DNA of 63,576 bases, counting the filler, from Phoronis australis (Eukaryota; Animalia; Phoronida), in the NCBI GenBank assembly GCA_002633005.1. It is 6 parts of 6 records of this genome, joined end to end, with 100 filler letters (N's around TTAATTAATTAA, not from the genome) between each part and the next. Parts side by side here need not be neighbours in the genome. Positions count along the whole stretch, not along the records: positions 14,568 to 28,162 come from NMRA01000606.1; positions 28,263 to 45,454 come from NMRA01001493.1; 4 more parts are not named here. One strand, given 5' to 3'. Both the position numbers and the translations under genes were made by a program. Under the pieces are notes generated by a model. It worked only from the letters and a program-made list of their open reading frames with translations. It did not search any database and had not been told where the DNA came from. Positions 24,171 through 36,978 of this stretch are shown here, one piece after another (position 1 is the first letter of the stretch; the number at the start of each line of letters is the position of its first letter).

Positions 24171-26214
24171 CAAACCAGAATGCCAATTTCATCAGAAACA
24201 CATGAACATGGTGTGAAATGATAGATCTTGACCTGCCATTTGCATTACTTTTTGAATTTTTGAAATCCGTTGGACGGTTCTGGAGTTATTTACAATTTAG
24301 ACACTCAAAAATGGGCTTTTTTCAGCAAACGAACCCTCAAAAATTTCAAGGCTAATATTGTTGGCATGTTTAAAGGTCTGTAATTGAAAAACTCTGGCCC
24401 ACTGTTGCTCTAAAACAAGATGACAAATACTTTCCATACAGGTTAACAAAATCAAATAAAAACTACATCATGAAATGTTGAATTAAGCAAGTGCGGGATT
24501 AATCTGAATTTCAAAATTCACAGTCGACTTATTTTTTTTTAGCTTGTGACTGAGTATCTGTGAATACAGAACAAAACTTGACGAAGGATAATGTCAAATC
24601 TGAAATATTGATGTCTTTGAAACATCAGAACATATCAGAAATTCCAAATGGTTATCAGAAAAGTTATTTAGGTTTTAATACTTTTTAAAAGAAATTGATA
24701 AAAAATGAATTTTGATTGCAAATACATTCAAAAAGTGCCAAAACGAGGAAATTGTGACATTTCAAAATTTTTCGTTATTTATTTGAACACTAAGTATTAT
24801 ATTTGAAGTATTCTTTTTTATTATAACCTATCCATGCTTATGTAATCATAAACTACATAAAATACCACAAAAAACGGAAGTACAAATTTTTAATTAAACA
24901 AGTTTTAACGGAACCCTAAAATTTTATGTAATTTCAAGTCGATTTTATAGAGCATGAAAAATATCGTGGTGGAAACTTTTTATTGTTAGGAACATCCAAA
25001 AGGATCAACTTCCATTTCTAAAAGAAATTTAAGGCGCTGTCACTTGATTTCGCTGTGATTTAAAGGAAAATCCGATTTTAAATAAAATTGAACTGCTTGC
25101 AGGGCCACCACAAGGCGACAAAGTGTTAACAATGAACATATTTCCGTAAAATGTTAAAAATTTAGTCCAATCTTAAATTTTGAACCCTAATTTAATTTCA
25201 GAAACATTATGCACCATTTTAAACAACTTTATTTGCCCAAACTTGTATTTCTTGTATTTCTTAGAAATTATTGACAGGTTCCTCAAGCTACAATTGACCA
25301 ATCACGTTCCAGATTAGCTTGAACTTTGAAGAGGTCAACATGGATCTTTAAATTCGACTGCACATGCCTTTTGGATGTGTTCCTGGATGGACCATGCTTT
25401 ATCAAGTGATTGAATTTTTATTGAAATGGGTTAGGATAAGATTGTTGATGATGACATTGAGTGTACACTTTTAAATTTCAGGTCGGGAAGTTAAGAGGTG
25501 CTAAAGTGTAAAAATTAATTTTTCTAATATTTTTATCAAAAAAATTAAAAGTGTGCACTCAGGGTTGAATGCAGAAGTTTCTCACGAATCCTTTGATATC
25601 AAAATCATAGGAATCGGTTCAGAAACGGCCATCAAGCAGCAAAAAGTCTGACACCCACTTCAAATCACAAAAATTTAGCAGTAAGTGAAAATTTTGCGAA
25701 GTGCTTGCATTACTGTAATTTTTAAAAATATTCATCATCGCCCCAATTTATCATAGAACTCATGTGTGGGTGGTGTGCGTTTTTGCGCGCTTGAATTACA
25801 TAGGCCTCTATGTAGGTCTAAATTGGTAGCTGTTTTTGGCCCGTGGAGGAACGCATTCAAAAGTTCCTTAAAAATATCAAAATACGTCATTCTGAATTAT
25901 TTTTCGCATTCTCAATGACAAAAAGGATAGTTGTGAATAACTCAATCAAAGTTTTATTTTTAAACGCTCGCTAAGTGGTTTACTTCCCATGGAAACAGGG
26001 CATTTTCAACAGTCGCGCACAAGGGGTTAGGCCATCTTTCACCCGATTTAGTTATTCATTATATATTTACACAGAGTGACGAAAGACAAAACTAATTTTT
26101 ATATTTTTGTAGCTAATTCACCCCAAGTGATATATATATATATACTATATCAAATTTAAAATTCGTGACATGTCATGTTCCCAAAATATTACAAACTGCC
26201 TGACGTTCTCATGC

Positions 26215-28162
26215 AGTGACTCTTAGCATAAAGTTGCTGACAACTCTACTAGCGTGAAAGTACTGGGCATCAACTGGGACACTCAAGCAGACAGCGTTAA
26301 TCTAATGAGCCATGACCTTGGTGATTCTAACTCCTGTAACACGCATGTTTACACAAAACGAGGTGTTGTCAGTTCGACAGCTAAGTTATTTGATCCTCTA
26401 GTATTGATTGTGTTACCAATGTCAATGTGCATATTTTCTGTGATGCTAGTGCCAAAGCATATGGTGCTGTAGTCTATCTACAATGTTTTGATCAGGCAAC
26501 ATTAATTATGTCTAAGTGTAGAGCATCACCCCTCAAGTGTAAGCGTACATTACCACAGTTGGAGCTACTAGCAGCTTTAATTGGCTCACGCCTACTTCAG
26601 TATACTATGTCCTCATTAGCAGATGTCATCTCAGTGGACAGTGTATTTCTTTGGTTAGACAGTCAGATTACATTACACTGGCTACAGTCTAAGAAAAACT
26701 GCCTGTATTTGTTTCTGAAACCTATAACTGAAATTCATGCCCTGACAGCCAGTGCCAAATGGATGTACTGTCCAACGGATAGTAACCCGCGGATCTTTTA
26801 ACTAGGGGCAATGTTTTTGAAACTTAGAAACGATCGCGCTTATGGTGGAACGGCCCCGACTGGCTTCCCAAGCAACAATGGCCACCCCAATCGCTACATT
26901 TGGACCCTAACCAAAATGTTCTGGTCTTACCTGTAATAAATAACCCGCGTAGCAATCAACACCCCTTAGCCAACGTTCAACCCGGTGTCAGCCAAATCAT
27001 GGACATTAACAGGTTCTCTTCCAGTCGTCGATTGCTTCGTGTCACCGCATGGGTAAACAGGTTTGCCAACCGGTGCAAAGACCCAACCTCAGCCGTTTCC
27101 GACACTCTAACCGTGCAAGAGCTCAATTCTGCCAAACGTCAGTGGATTTCGGCTACACAACATGAAATCTACCACATAAACATCGACGACGTCAAACAGG
27201 CCAGAAACAAAACCCCACTTGTCAAACAATTGAAGTTGTTTGTTCAAGATGGCCTATTACTCAGCGCAGGAAGGATACACAACGCCAACCTACCTGACCA
27301 CACCAAGTTCCCCATCCTGTTGCCATCCACCCACACAAGTTCACAGAATTGGTCATCAAAGATGCACACATCAGAACCCTCCACAGTGGTGTCAACATGA
27401 CCAGCACATATTTACGTCAGCACTACTGGATTCCAAGAATCCGCCAACGCGTAAAGGCTGTCATCCGGTTGTGTGTACCATGTCGCAGAGCAACTGGTCA
27501 ACCGTATCCTCAACCAGCCACGCCCCCACTGCCTGCTGACCGCGTGCGAGATGCACAACCTTTTGAAATCACTGGTGTCCATTATACTGGCCTTCTGTTC
27601 GTCAAGAACCCTTCTGACAACAACAACAACACAGCCTACGTATGTTTATTTACAGCGGAATTACTCGAGCGATACATCTGGAGTTGGTCTCTGAGTTAAC
27701 TGTCATATCATTTATCCAAGCCTTTCGTCGCTTTGCCAGCCGACGCAGTCCTTACCACGTGTTATGATTTCTGCCAATGCCACGAATTTTGTTGGTGCTC
27801 CAGCAGACGTCAATGAATTGATCAAATCAGTTCCGATTCAAGATTTTCTCGCAGATAAACACGTTACATAGAAATTCATTCCACGCCGCGCTCCATGGTT
27901 CGGTAGTTTTTGGGAACGTCTCGTTGGAATTACAAAAACTTGCTAAAAAGATCCTAGGTCGTTCGCAGGTGCCATTTGACGAACTTCGCACGATTCTCAC
28001 TGAATGTGAATGTATTCTAAACGTCCGTCCCCTCACATTTGTATCCGGCTCTGAAGATGAACCTGAACCGCTTTCTCCATCTCACATTTTATACGGACGT
28101 AGACTCTCCGGCTTTCCCTTCTGACGTGTGCATCTTTGATGACCAATTCTGTGAACTTGTGG
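26215..28162 (+). mobile_element. Decayed BEL/Pao LTR retrotransposon pol (RT end, RNase H, integrase), truncated at spacer
   Basis: KVLGINWD, TKRGVVS..AKLFDPL, HIFCDASAKAYGAVVYL, TLPQLELLAA, WLDSQITLHWL, WWNGPDWL, H...HSGV...YWIPR...CVPCRR, QAFRRFASRR, FWERLVG, ILNVRPLT; internal deletion and frameshifts. Confidence 0.93.
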
Positions 28163-28262
28163 NNNNNNNNNNNNNNNNNNNNNNNNNNNNNNNNNNNNNN
28201 NNNNNNTTAATTAATTAANNNNNNNNNNNNNNNNNNNNNNNNNNNNNNNNNNNNNNNNNNNN
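28163..28262. other. Artificial contig-join spacer
   Basis: 44N-TTAATTAATTAA-44N. Confidence 0.97.
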
Positions 28263-28411
28263 CTTCTGTGAAATATTTATTTGTAGAGCTGTGACCCTGA
28301 AATTCCCAATACAACTTAAAATATTTATTATTCTTGTTTTATTTGTCCCCAATAAAGTGAATTTCATGAAAAATGCCCTCGAAATGTCAAAATCTTACCA
28401 TAAATGCTTAA

Positions 28412-29258
28412 AGGCGAAGGCAAGCTTTTTCATGTCATGATTAGCAAAAATAACGTTATTTGATTATCCCAGACATATTTTTCTTTTAATTACAGCTGTG
28501 CGTAATTTAATTATTCGTCCTCTACTTCGGAAGTTACGTTTTGGGGGGCAAGAATTTCGCGCCAGTTTCTTTTCATATAGTCTGACTGTGATTGCTGTCG
28601 AGTCAGTCATTGTTCTACCTCGGTTGTGATAAGTGCGGTCGTCGTTTGTTTTTGTTTACGAGTCAGTCAACAGCCACACTGTTGCTGCGGACCGGGATGT
28701 ACAACAGAGGTAGAACAATGACTGACTGTAGTCATTATCCTCCAGAGCCTGTAATCAGCCCTGCTGAGATGTTGAGTAGTGGGGATTGAACACAGGCCTT
28801 GTTCGACACCCAGTGAAGAGAACAGTTCGTCGTTCAATGAATACATCGATGAGCCAAACTTTGATAAGTTTGTTGTGGAATTGGAGTTATTTAGAAGGTG
28901 CCAGGTGTGTGGCGAAGGAGTCATACGGCGGGATTTAAGCAGTTAGTGTGTTCAGGTCACTGTACAGTGGAGTGTATCGCGGGACACTCGGGCAAGTGGG
29001 GCAGTTGTTCCTCTGTCCGTGAGACGATATTGATTACATCCCGGTAAGCAACATTGTGACTGACTCGTAAACAAAAGCAAACGACTACCGAACTTATCAC
29101 CACCGAGATGGAACAATGACTGCAAAAGACGTCAGTTCCGGAGTAGAGGATGAGTAATTGTTTCAATTACAAAAAGCTGTAATCAACTTAAAGATTTCTC
29201 TGGGATAATCAACGAACCTTATTTTGCTAAAATGACATGAAAAAGGTTGTATTCACCT
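28412..29258. mobile_element. Non-autonomous Kolobok-type DNA transposon (TTAA TSD, AGG...CCT ends)
   Basis: About 60-bp TIRs AGG.GAA..CAA.CTTTTTCATGTCAT..TTAGCAAAATAA.GTT..TTGATTATCCCAGA; TTAA at 28408-28411 and 29259-29262; central remnant ELFRRCQVC...ECIAGHSGKWGS resembles the Kolobok transposase N-terminal C..C/C..GH...W.S motif. Confidence 0.8.
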
Positions 29259-32200
29259 TTAATGCAGGTAGATTTCTAAAAGTGACCTTATATCGCGAAA
29301 TTTTGTTCAACCACGAGGGTTGGCCCTCAAACAGCAAAGTCCACACACACGTGACGATTAAGGGGGCGAATTTGGTGACAACAATGGGGACTGAGTGAAC
29401 AAAACTATTTATTATTTTCTAACCACCCCCCCCCCCAAAGTTGTTCACCTTCCTGCTTGTCTCGCTTATGGTCAGTCATATGGACACACATTTATAGGTC
29501 TACGTACAAAGTGTTTTACTCTCAACTAAATAAACTAACATTTTGCTGAGGCAAGATATTTTTTCTCAGAGGTTTTGGGAAACAACATTGAATTTCAAGC
29601 GCAGCTTCCCGTTTTCTTCGCAAACTTATATCATACTTCTCTGAAAATAAAAAGTATATATATATATATATATATATACATCAAAGTTCGATAGCACAAC
29701 TTTCAACTTTCGTTATACAACAATACACGCAACTGCCGTCTATGCAGCCCCAAATGTTTTTGGAAACGAATAACAGCAATTACAAATAACGTAACAAAAA
29801 TTATAGTTCACCTTGTTAAAGGAAAACCATTTGAACACTACTGGTCTGTGGCAAACAAAAGCTTAAATCATTATCATTGCAGCCAAAAATGTGGCAGCTA
29901 AGAAACCTGACAGGTGAGCGCGCCTTTCTAGATATCCAGATATTCTCTCTTTTACATATACTTACAGGATGCACTTATCACGGCTGACCATAACTACATG
30001 TACACCTGTAGATCTATAGACAAACACAAGCTAAAAATCTTTCCTTTTAAATTTTTGGAAGTACCAAGCACGAGAACCGTCGCTGGTCACAAGTATTTTG
30101 TGTCTTGAAAAACGTATGTGCTCACATAAGTCAACTGACCTCTTCTCCTTCAGATCGTCTTCTTCAAGAGGACTGACCAGTGAATCCACGTCGGCCTTTG
30201 CACTCCGAACATTTTTCCCAGGAGGGACCGTAAATGGGAGATTACCACCTCCCTGAACAGTATAAGCGTCGACACTACAGTGAAAACAAAATGCTTCAAT
30301 GACAAAATTGCACTCCATCCATTAATTACAAACCACGCTACAGCTCTAACCCAGTCCTGGTAATAATTATTTTCAGTACCCTCGTCACAAATTTCACTTT
30401 CCAACGGCCGCTACAACTTTGTGCCTCCCTCTCATAACTTGAATTAACCAAACGGAGGGGAGTTTACAATATCATAGGCTCTACGGCAGAGCGGTGTAGT
30501 ATGAGAGGTGCCAAGATTTAATTCGTCCGAAGAAAGTGGATGCTACTCCTCCCCCTTGCGACTTCCTAGAGTAGATGCCCATCCGCCCTGCTGGACTACA
30601 AATCCGAGAGTATAAGGATGTTTACGCCAGAACGCCACCAAAATATAGAAAACCGTATGTTTAGACTTTAGTGGCTGTATAAACATTTATCATCATTCGC
30701 AACCAGTCAGGTATTTCATCATGAAATTCTCAGCGTTTTAAATGACTGTCCAGCAGTACGAAAGAAAATATTAGGGCAATCAAAAGCCGCTCAACGTCAT
30801 GCTGGCATTGGGATTCTTGGTGTCGTAAGCAAGTTTGACAATTCAAGAACTGCAATTGCAAAAACACAAACCACAATCAGTAGACGTACACTTCAGCAGT
30901 AAAACGGACCAACTCGGCAGTGTCACAGAGATATGTTCATTAACTCTAGTGTCTCACTGGAGGAACAAGACCTTGCCACGTGATCTTGGCAAGGATTTTC
31001 TCGCCGCGAGACAATTATTGGACACTAACCAGGGCTCACCCTGGCGTCACTGATATCGTAAGGGCCTGTGAAGGAAGTTCGGCAAGAGTCCCTATTCAGT
31101 CAATCAATCAATCAGGCAATCAACCAATCAATTATCTTAATATACATACACATATACAAGCTTAGATTTTTTTCTAAAATGCGCAGGAGAGGCGTTTTAA
31201 AGCGTTATGACTTCGGATTAAAAGATGTACATGTGCATTTTCGTCGGCTATGAGACAGGCACTACCACCGATAGGTAAATTAACATATTTCTCGTTCGAC
31301 ATTTGTATACTATTGCAATGGTACAGCGCTATCATCTATTTACCATGCTGCTCGATCAATCTAATCTCATGTTCAATGTACACAGTATACATGTAGAGTT
31401 ATACAATGATAGATCATTTTTCATAATCTGGGAGCCATGTACAGTACTGCACTGGCATCCTCTGGATGACACAAATGTAAATTTTCCATGCAGGTCATTA
31501 TTATGGATCCATGCACCAAACACAGGTCAATTAATTGTTTACCAAAGTATTTGAAACACCGTCTTTTAGGGGATGCTAATGTCATCACAAACATATCCAC
31601 TGTCGCTCTGCCCAAGGATAGGTATACATGTATATCTAATGCTAGCATCAGCAATATAATCTTAACATGAATCTGCCATACAAGTAGGTATTAACCCTAG
31701 AATGTTCCCAACCCGTCATTGTTGTGACCTTTTCTGTATATTTAATGACGATTGCGTCAGAGATTCTTCAAAGGGATGACCCCGGTCCACATTTTATTCC
31801 CTGCATCCGCTATGCCTTGCATTCAGCCTCTGTTCAAAGTTTACTTCGTCAATGTCGCTATCGTATACATGTACATGTACATGTATGTACATGTTTCCTG
31901 AGCACAACAGTTTTAAATTTAAGAGGTCTGAATGGGGCTCTCCAACTTGGTGAAGACTGGCAGGACAGGGTAGCCTGCTAACTACATTTAGTTTCGACCC
32001 GGCCATGGGCGTGGTTCCGAAGGGTGATTTTGAGTGGAAGTGGCCCTAAACTAGCTCAGTCACGCTGTGAAATTATGCGACCTTGGCATGGATTTGATGA
32101 ATGTATCGTGGTTGATAATTCATCAATATTTCTACTTCATAATATTTTAAAGATTTGTAGTCGATTAAAAATTTGCGTACGATTAAAGTAATGAGGTGTA

Positions 32201-33436
32201 ATCGCTTATTTAAGCACTCTCGGTTTGAAAGTTTGGCAGGGGGTAACGCGGGAACATTCTCTTTCTGGACCATATTACATCCGAATTTGGGTTCCGTTCT
32301 TTAAGTGAGACACCGTCGGGACATCCTCATTTCTGGTATTACGAATTTCGTCTGATATTGGGAACATAAAGCTGAGAGTCGTCGTTGTGTATAGAAATTT
32401 CCCTACCCCTAGTTAAGCTGTTTCAAGGGCCTTACCAAAAACTCTACAGTGTCGACGTTTGCAAAATATCAAAGGTCCACTGTACTAGAAATTCGAACCA
32501 CTCCCCGTGTAATGCTCACTACGGGCCTGAAGTGGCACTTATCCAACATATTTTCGCAATACAAACGTTATGTCACAGGTCGTACCGCTTTATCCGACTT
32601 TGCTTGGAGTAAAGCAAATTATGTTATTTACTCAGGCGCAGTATTTTATGTGTCTAATGCATATATTCTTTTTGCCTATAACTTAGTACTTAGTTAAATG
32701 GGATTTCTTTATGGTACTAATAAATAAAAGTTATGCCCAATACCATTTCCTAGTCTCATACTGAAAATCAGAAGAGGAATGTAATGCAACAGAATTATAA
32801 AAGTTGCTACAAACCTAATTTCATCAATAATAAACTAATTTTTTGATTTATACTATTTCCGCATCAAACCTCTTTTCAGTAACTTCTTTACACAGTTGAG
32901 AATAGGTTTGTTACCTTGGAACGAATTAATCTAGAAAACATGACAAGCTGTTTCAAGCCAACTTGATCAACTGAGGCTTAAGCTACGTGTATAACGCGAA
33001 CTGTCAGTTCTTTCTATTTACAGGAACCACTTGTACTTTGAGTAAGGAATGGGCCAAAACGATAAATAGTAAAAATCAAGAGCTAGAATATTTGAATGAA
33101 AGTAGGTTTATAGCACCTTAACAGCAATGACATAATCACATCAGTGGCGGATCTAGGATATCACAAGGGAGCAACACTTTTTCTTGAAAACAATCGCGCA
33201 AAGCACGAGGCGCATGGCCCCGAATAGGGGTGGGGGGGTCGGAAGGGGGCTTCCCCCTCCCGCCCAGGAAAAAAATGGACTTCTGCCTGTAACAACAAGC
33301 ACTTTCCTTGATTTCTGAAATATTATCAAAGAAAAAAACATTGAGAACGTGCAAAACAGGAAAATTTGTAAGTGCCACGGACTCCAACTCACGATCTCGC
33401 TGACAAAATGCGTGTGCTTTACCACTGCGCTACCAG

Positions 33437-33843
33437 GGCCCGGTCTCCAATCTTCTTACTCGAAATGGAACTCGAAATTAGGTTTGGCATTTTCTACTCT
33501 ACCTTTGGGCGAACTCAAGATACACGTAAGTGTCTATTATTCTATGCTCGAGTACACAATAACTTACGTAGATAATTTATTGCCCTTAGTTCACAGTTTG
33601 TAAGCCCAATATTAAAGCAATAATTTCGAGTTTGAACTCGAAATTTCGAGTTTTTACTCGAGTTTGTAGCACGAATATAAGGGTCTTCAAGGGCAAACTT
33701 GAACTAGTAACTCCTATGCATAAACTATAATGTATTCGAGCGCAGTCTGATAACCAATTATCTTAAGTTTGTACAAAAGGAGCAGAGAAATTTCCAAAAA
33801 TATTTTCGAGTTCGTTTCGAGTACAAAGATTAGAGACCGGGCC
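33437..33843. mobile_element. MITE, PIF/Harbinger-type (GGCCCGGTCTCCAATCT TIR, CAG TSD), 407 bp
   Basis: CAG|GGCCCGGTCTCCAATCT ... AGATTAGAGACCGGGCC|CAG; internal ACTCGA/TCGAGT repeats. Confidence 0.85.
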
Positions 33844-35210
33844 CAGGTTTCCAGGTACAGTGTCAAAGTAAGAGACATACTTGTTTATGGTCAACAGCGG
33901 TTGCCCGCAAACCTGCTTTTTTCCGTAATGTTTATCACACAGTTTGAGCAACCAGTTTGTAGCAAAAGTTGTCCTCTTGAGAGCGCAAAGGACCAACTCT
34001 GTTTTTCGTGTTAGCATTTACCCCGCGATTGCTTTGCAAATCGTCTTAATTTTAATGTTTGACAAATAGAGAATTATGAGTTTCTGAGTGACTCACTAAG
34101 CCTTCGATTAAAATTTACATCTTAACTACAGTTTTTGTTTCTTAATCGTCACTCAGCTTCCGTATTCTTTATAAAGGGAATTACTTCATTGCACAGTGGT
34201 GTAGGCGACGGAAACGGAAATAATTTACGCCGTTAAAAGTAAAGGTATGCCGCAAATAGTTACTTCACGTCGTAAATATTTGATTTACGCCTTTAAAAGT
34301 TAATTTACGCCACTCGTAAGAATTAATATACTCACGTAATTCAAGTGCATAACGTTCATCTAATTGGCCCACGATACGCGACGTCATTCTCAGTCTTTAG
34401 TCTGCCCCCTGATGCGGTGCTCACCCTTATATTTAAATAAAGCTTATTGCCAGAAAATGCGACGACACTTTCCATTCTGAATGTCTCATGACTTTATGAC
34501 ATAGCTGTAGTTCGCACATGCGCACATGTGAAATACCTCCAAGGGTTAATTTGAATCGACGAAAACACCCAAAGTATGCTGTATGGTGGGTACAGCCAAA
34601 ATCACTCACAGAATTAGTTAGCCACGACGATTTGACCCCGAGAAACGTGATTTTAAAAAAATGATTCGTACGGAGTATCGCATCGTAACCGTTAGAATAT
34701 TAGCGGTGGATGGAAATTGTAACTGGCAACGATATGCCCCCAGACAGTGTCGCCTAGGCGAAGTTTGCTGCTAAAACTTGTAATGTAACATAGATACTTA
34801 CACTGATATTACCACAGCTGTGATTACCAACAAAGTGAGGAAAAATGCAACGTTCTTCATGGTTACCTAGAAAACAAAATACAATACTAGAAAAGTCTTC
34901 ATGACCGTATTCTATCAGCACTAAGTACGAAGTACATGTATAAACAACAAAACCTTTGTATGCTCACTTACACTGAGCAGAGATTTCAATGAAGTCAGAA
35001 GCTGAGTCGTCAACGTTGGTATTATATACTTTGGCATGCTAGTGGTGGTACACACGTACTCACAATGTCACATTATTTTTTTATGGCAGCGTAGGCTGCG
35101 ACTAATTTAATTCAAAAATTGAATTAGTCATAGCCGACGCTGCAATCCAACCAGTGATTGACACAGGGCGCATATTTATTGTCTCTTGAGACAGACCGTC
35201 GGGTGCCAAC

Positions 35211-35365
35211 CAGGGGCAGATCCAGGATGAGTTAGGGGAGCCATGGCACAGTATTAGCCAGCATTGTGCCCGTCACACATTCGCACCCCCGAACTGTCTA
35301 ATGGAATCTGGGAGATTTTTAGGGGGAGCCATGGCCCCCTTGGCCCCCCTCTAAATCCACCACTG
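35211..35365. mobile_element. Short CAGTGGCGGATC-type MITE (related ends at about 23130-23602, 33142 and 52749-52900)
   Basis: CAGGGGCAGATCCAGG ... CTAAATCCACCACTG imperfect inverted ends with G/C tracts; TSD not evident. Confidence 0.55.
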
Positions 35366-35427
35366 CCAACCAACCAAATGTTATATAATAGTCAAGCTAT
35401 AACGTTCACGCTTCAGCAAACTATTAA

Positions 35428-36162
35428 AGGAGAATGCCACCCGATTTAATTAGTCTTTTTGTCGTCTTAATCGGTCTATATCCACATCGCCTCTCGTACG
35501 GTCGACCTTACATTGCCGAGAGGTGTCGCGTTAACCTGTGAGGAAGGTGAGAAACGACGCAGCGAAGTCAATGGTTCATTTGCAGAGTGAATGCCGCTGT
35601 GTTGCGGTGCATCGTTCCCGTTTGGCAGAACTATGCAGCTGAGAGGAAAGCTGGTATATCGTTTTTTCGACTTCCTCGAGAGCTCAAAATGCTTAGGAAA
35701 TGGCTCGCGGTAGTGAAGAATGAAAAGTACGCTTTAAATAGCAAATATGATCTCCGTGTCTGTGGCCTGCAGTCGTCGACAGTGCGTGACGAATGCCAGC
35801 TTACCAAATAACTATCCATACGTTCGGTTGTCTGAGCTTGTTCACGGCGCCTCTCTAGTATTTCTTCATCAATGTATTCCGGTTGGAACTGTGAAATTTA
35901 ACGACCCACCTGCGAAGTCTTCGTCCGGATGAGCTCTCGGGTAAGTCGGGATTGCGAGTTGCCATATTGACGTTGATTACTGAGCGTTCTGTTTCAAAAT
36001 GAATTATTCTCACCCTAACCAATACTTACATGTATATAAAATTGAAACAAAGTCTGTCTCATTAGATGCAATTTGTAATGCCTTTGGAGTGCTCATAAGT
36101 GGAAATGATTTGAGAAGCCAGCAATGAATAAATCACTGCGTTACCGGCTTTATGTGCAATAA
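35428..36162 (+). mobile_element. Kolobok-type left end with degenerate THAP domain, copy 1
   Basis: TTAA|AGGAGAATGCCACCCG; RCIVPVWQN...SFFRLPRE..MLRKWL...LRVCGLQ (THAP pattern); direct repeat of 36979-37740. Confidence 0.8.
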
Positions 36163-36978
36163 TGAGATTTATGGCACTCTGACATAAATCCTATTATTTG
36201 GGCAAATAATATTATACAGCCCTTCATGCTTCATATCCAACTCCTAGTTAGTTCCTACCAAGTCCGATGGTAGCGCTGTTTGTTCTTTCTCTCCAGCTTC
36301 CTGTTGGCCCAGCGTCAAGCAACAGTACATTCACTCGTAAAGTTTCCTAATTAGACAAGACACCATGCTACCGCCGTTGTTCGTTAGACTAAACGGGCTT
36401 GGGATGAGCTTCAATGATTATGGAGGCAAATCGGGGAATGGCGTCGGTCCCTTTCTCATTGCTTCCGACTACCTTTTCCCCCAACCCCTGCCACTCCTCT
36501 ACCAGGGTCACGGCCCCCACGGGTTGTGGCGGTGGACAGAATTGTTCATCCATGAACAACCCTGCCCATGTGGCACATACTGAGCCACAACACCACGTTC
36601 CTTACAATATTTTTTTCACTCCGGCTGGTCTGCTCACTCAACTTGTTAGGAACCCTGCTTTGCACTGAGGTTGTTATAGCCCAGTTGGCTGTTTGGTGTA
36701 CCCACTTGGTACTTTATATGATATTTGCCCATTTGGTACTTGTTATTGAATTTGCCGTTTTGATCGACCCAGTTGGTAGGCAATCGGCCAATACCTATTT
36801 GGTATTATGTACCCATTTGATACTATGCTAACCTGTGCTACTTAGCATCAGATACTCAATTACACTTTGGGTATCGGAAATGTGTGTGTTATCTCTTGTT
36901 ATTAAGGAACCCATCTGGTTCCTTCCGTGAAACATTTATTTGTAGAGCCGTGACCCTGAAATTCCCAGTACAACTTAA

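Noticed and set aside
30031-30404. Overlapping minus-strand ORFs of 95 and 84 aa
   Set aside because: No recognisable domain or convincing splice structure.
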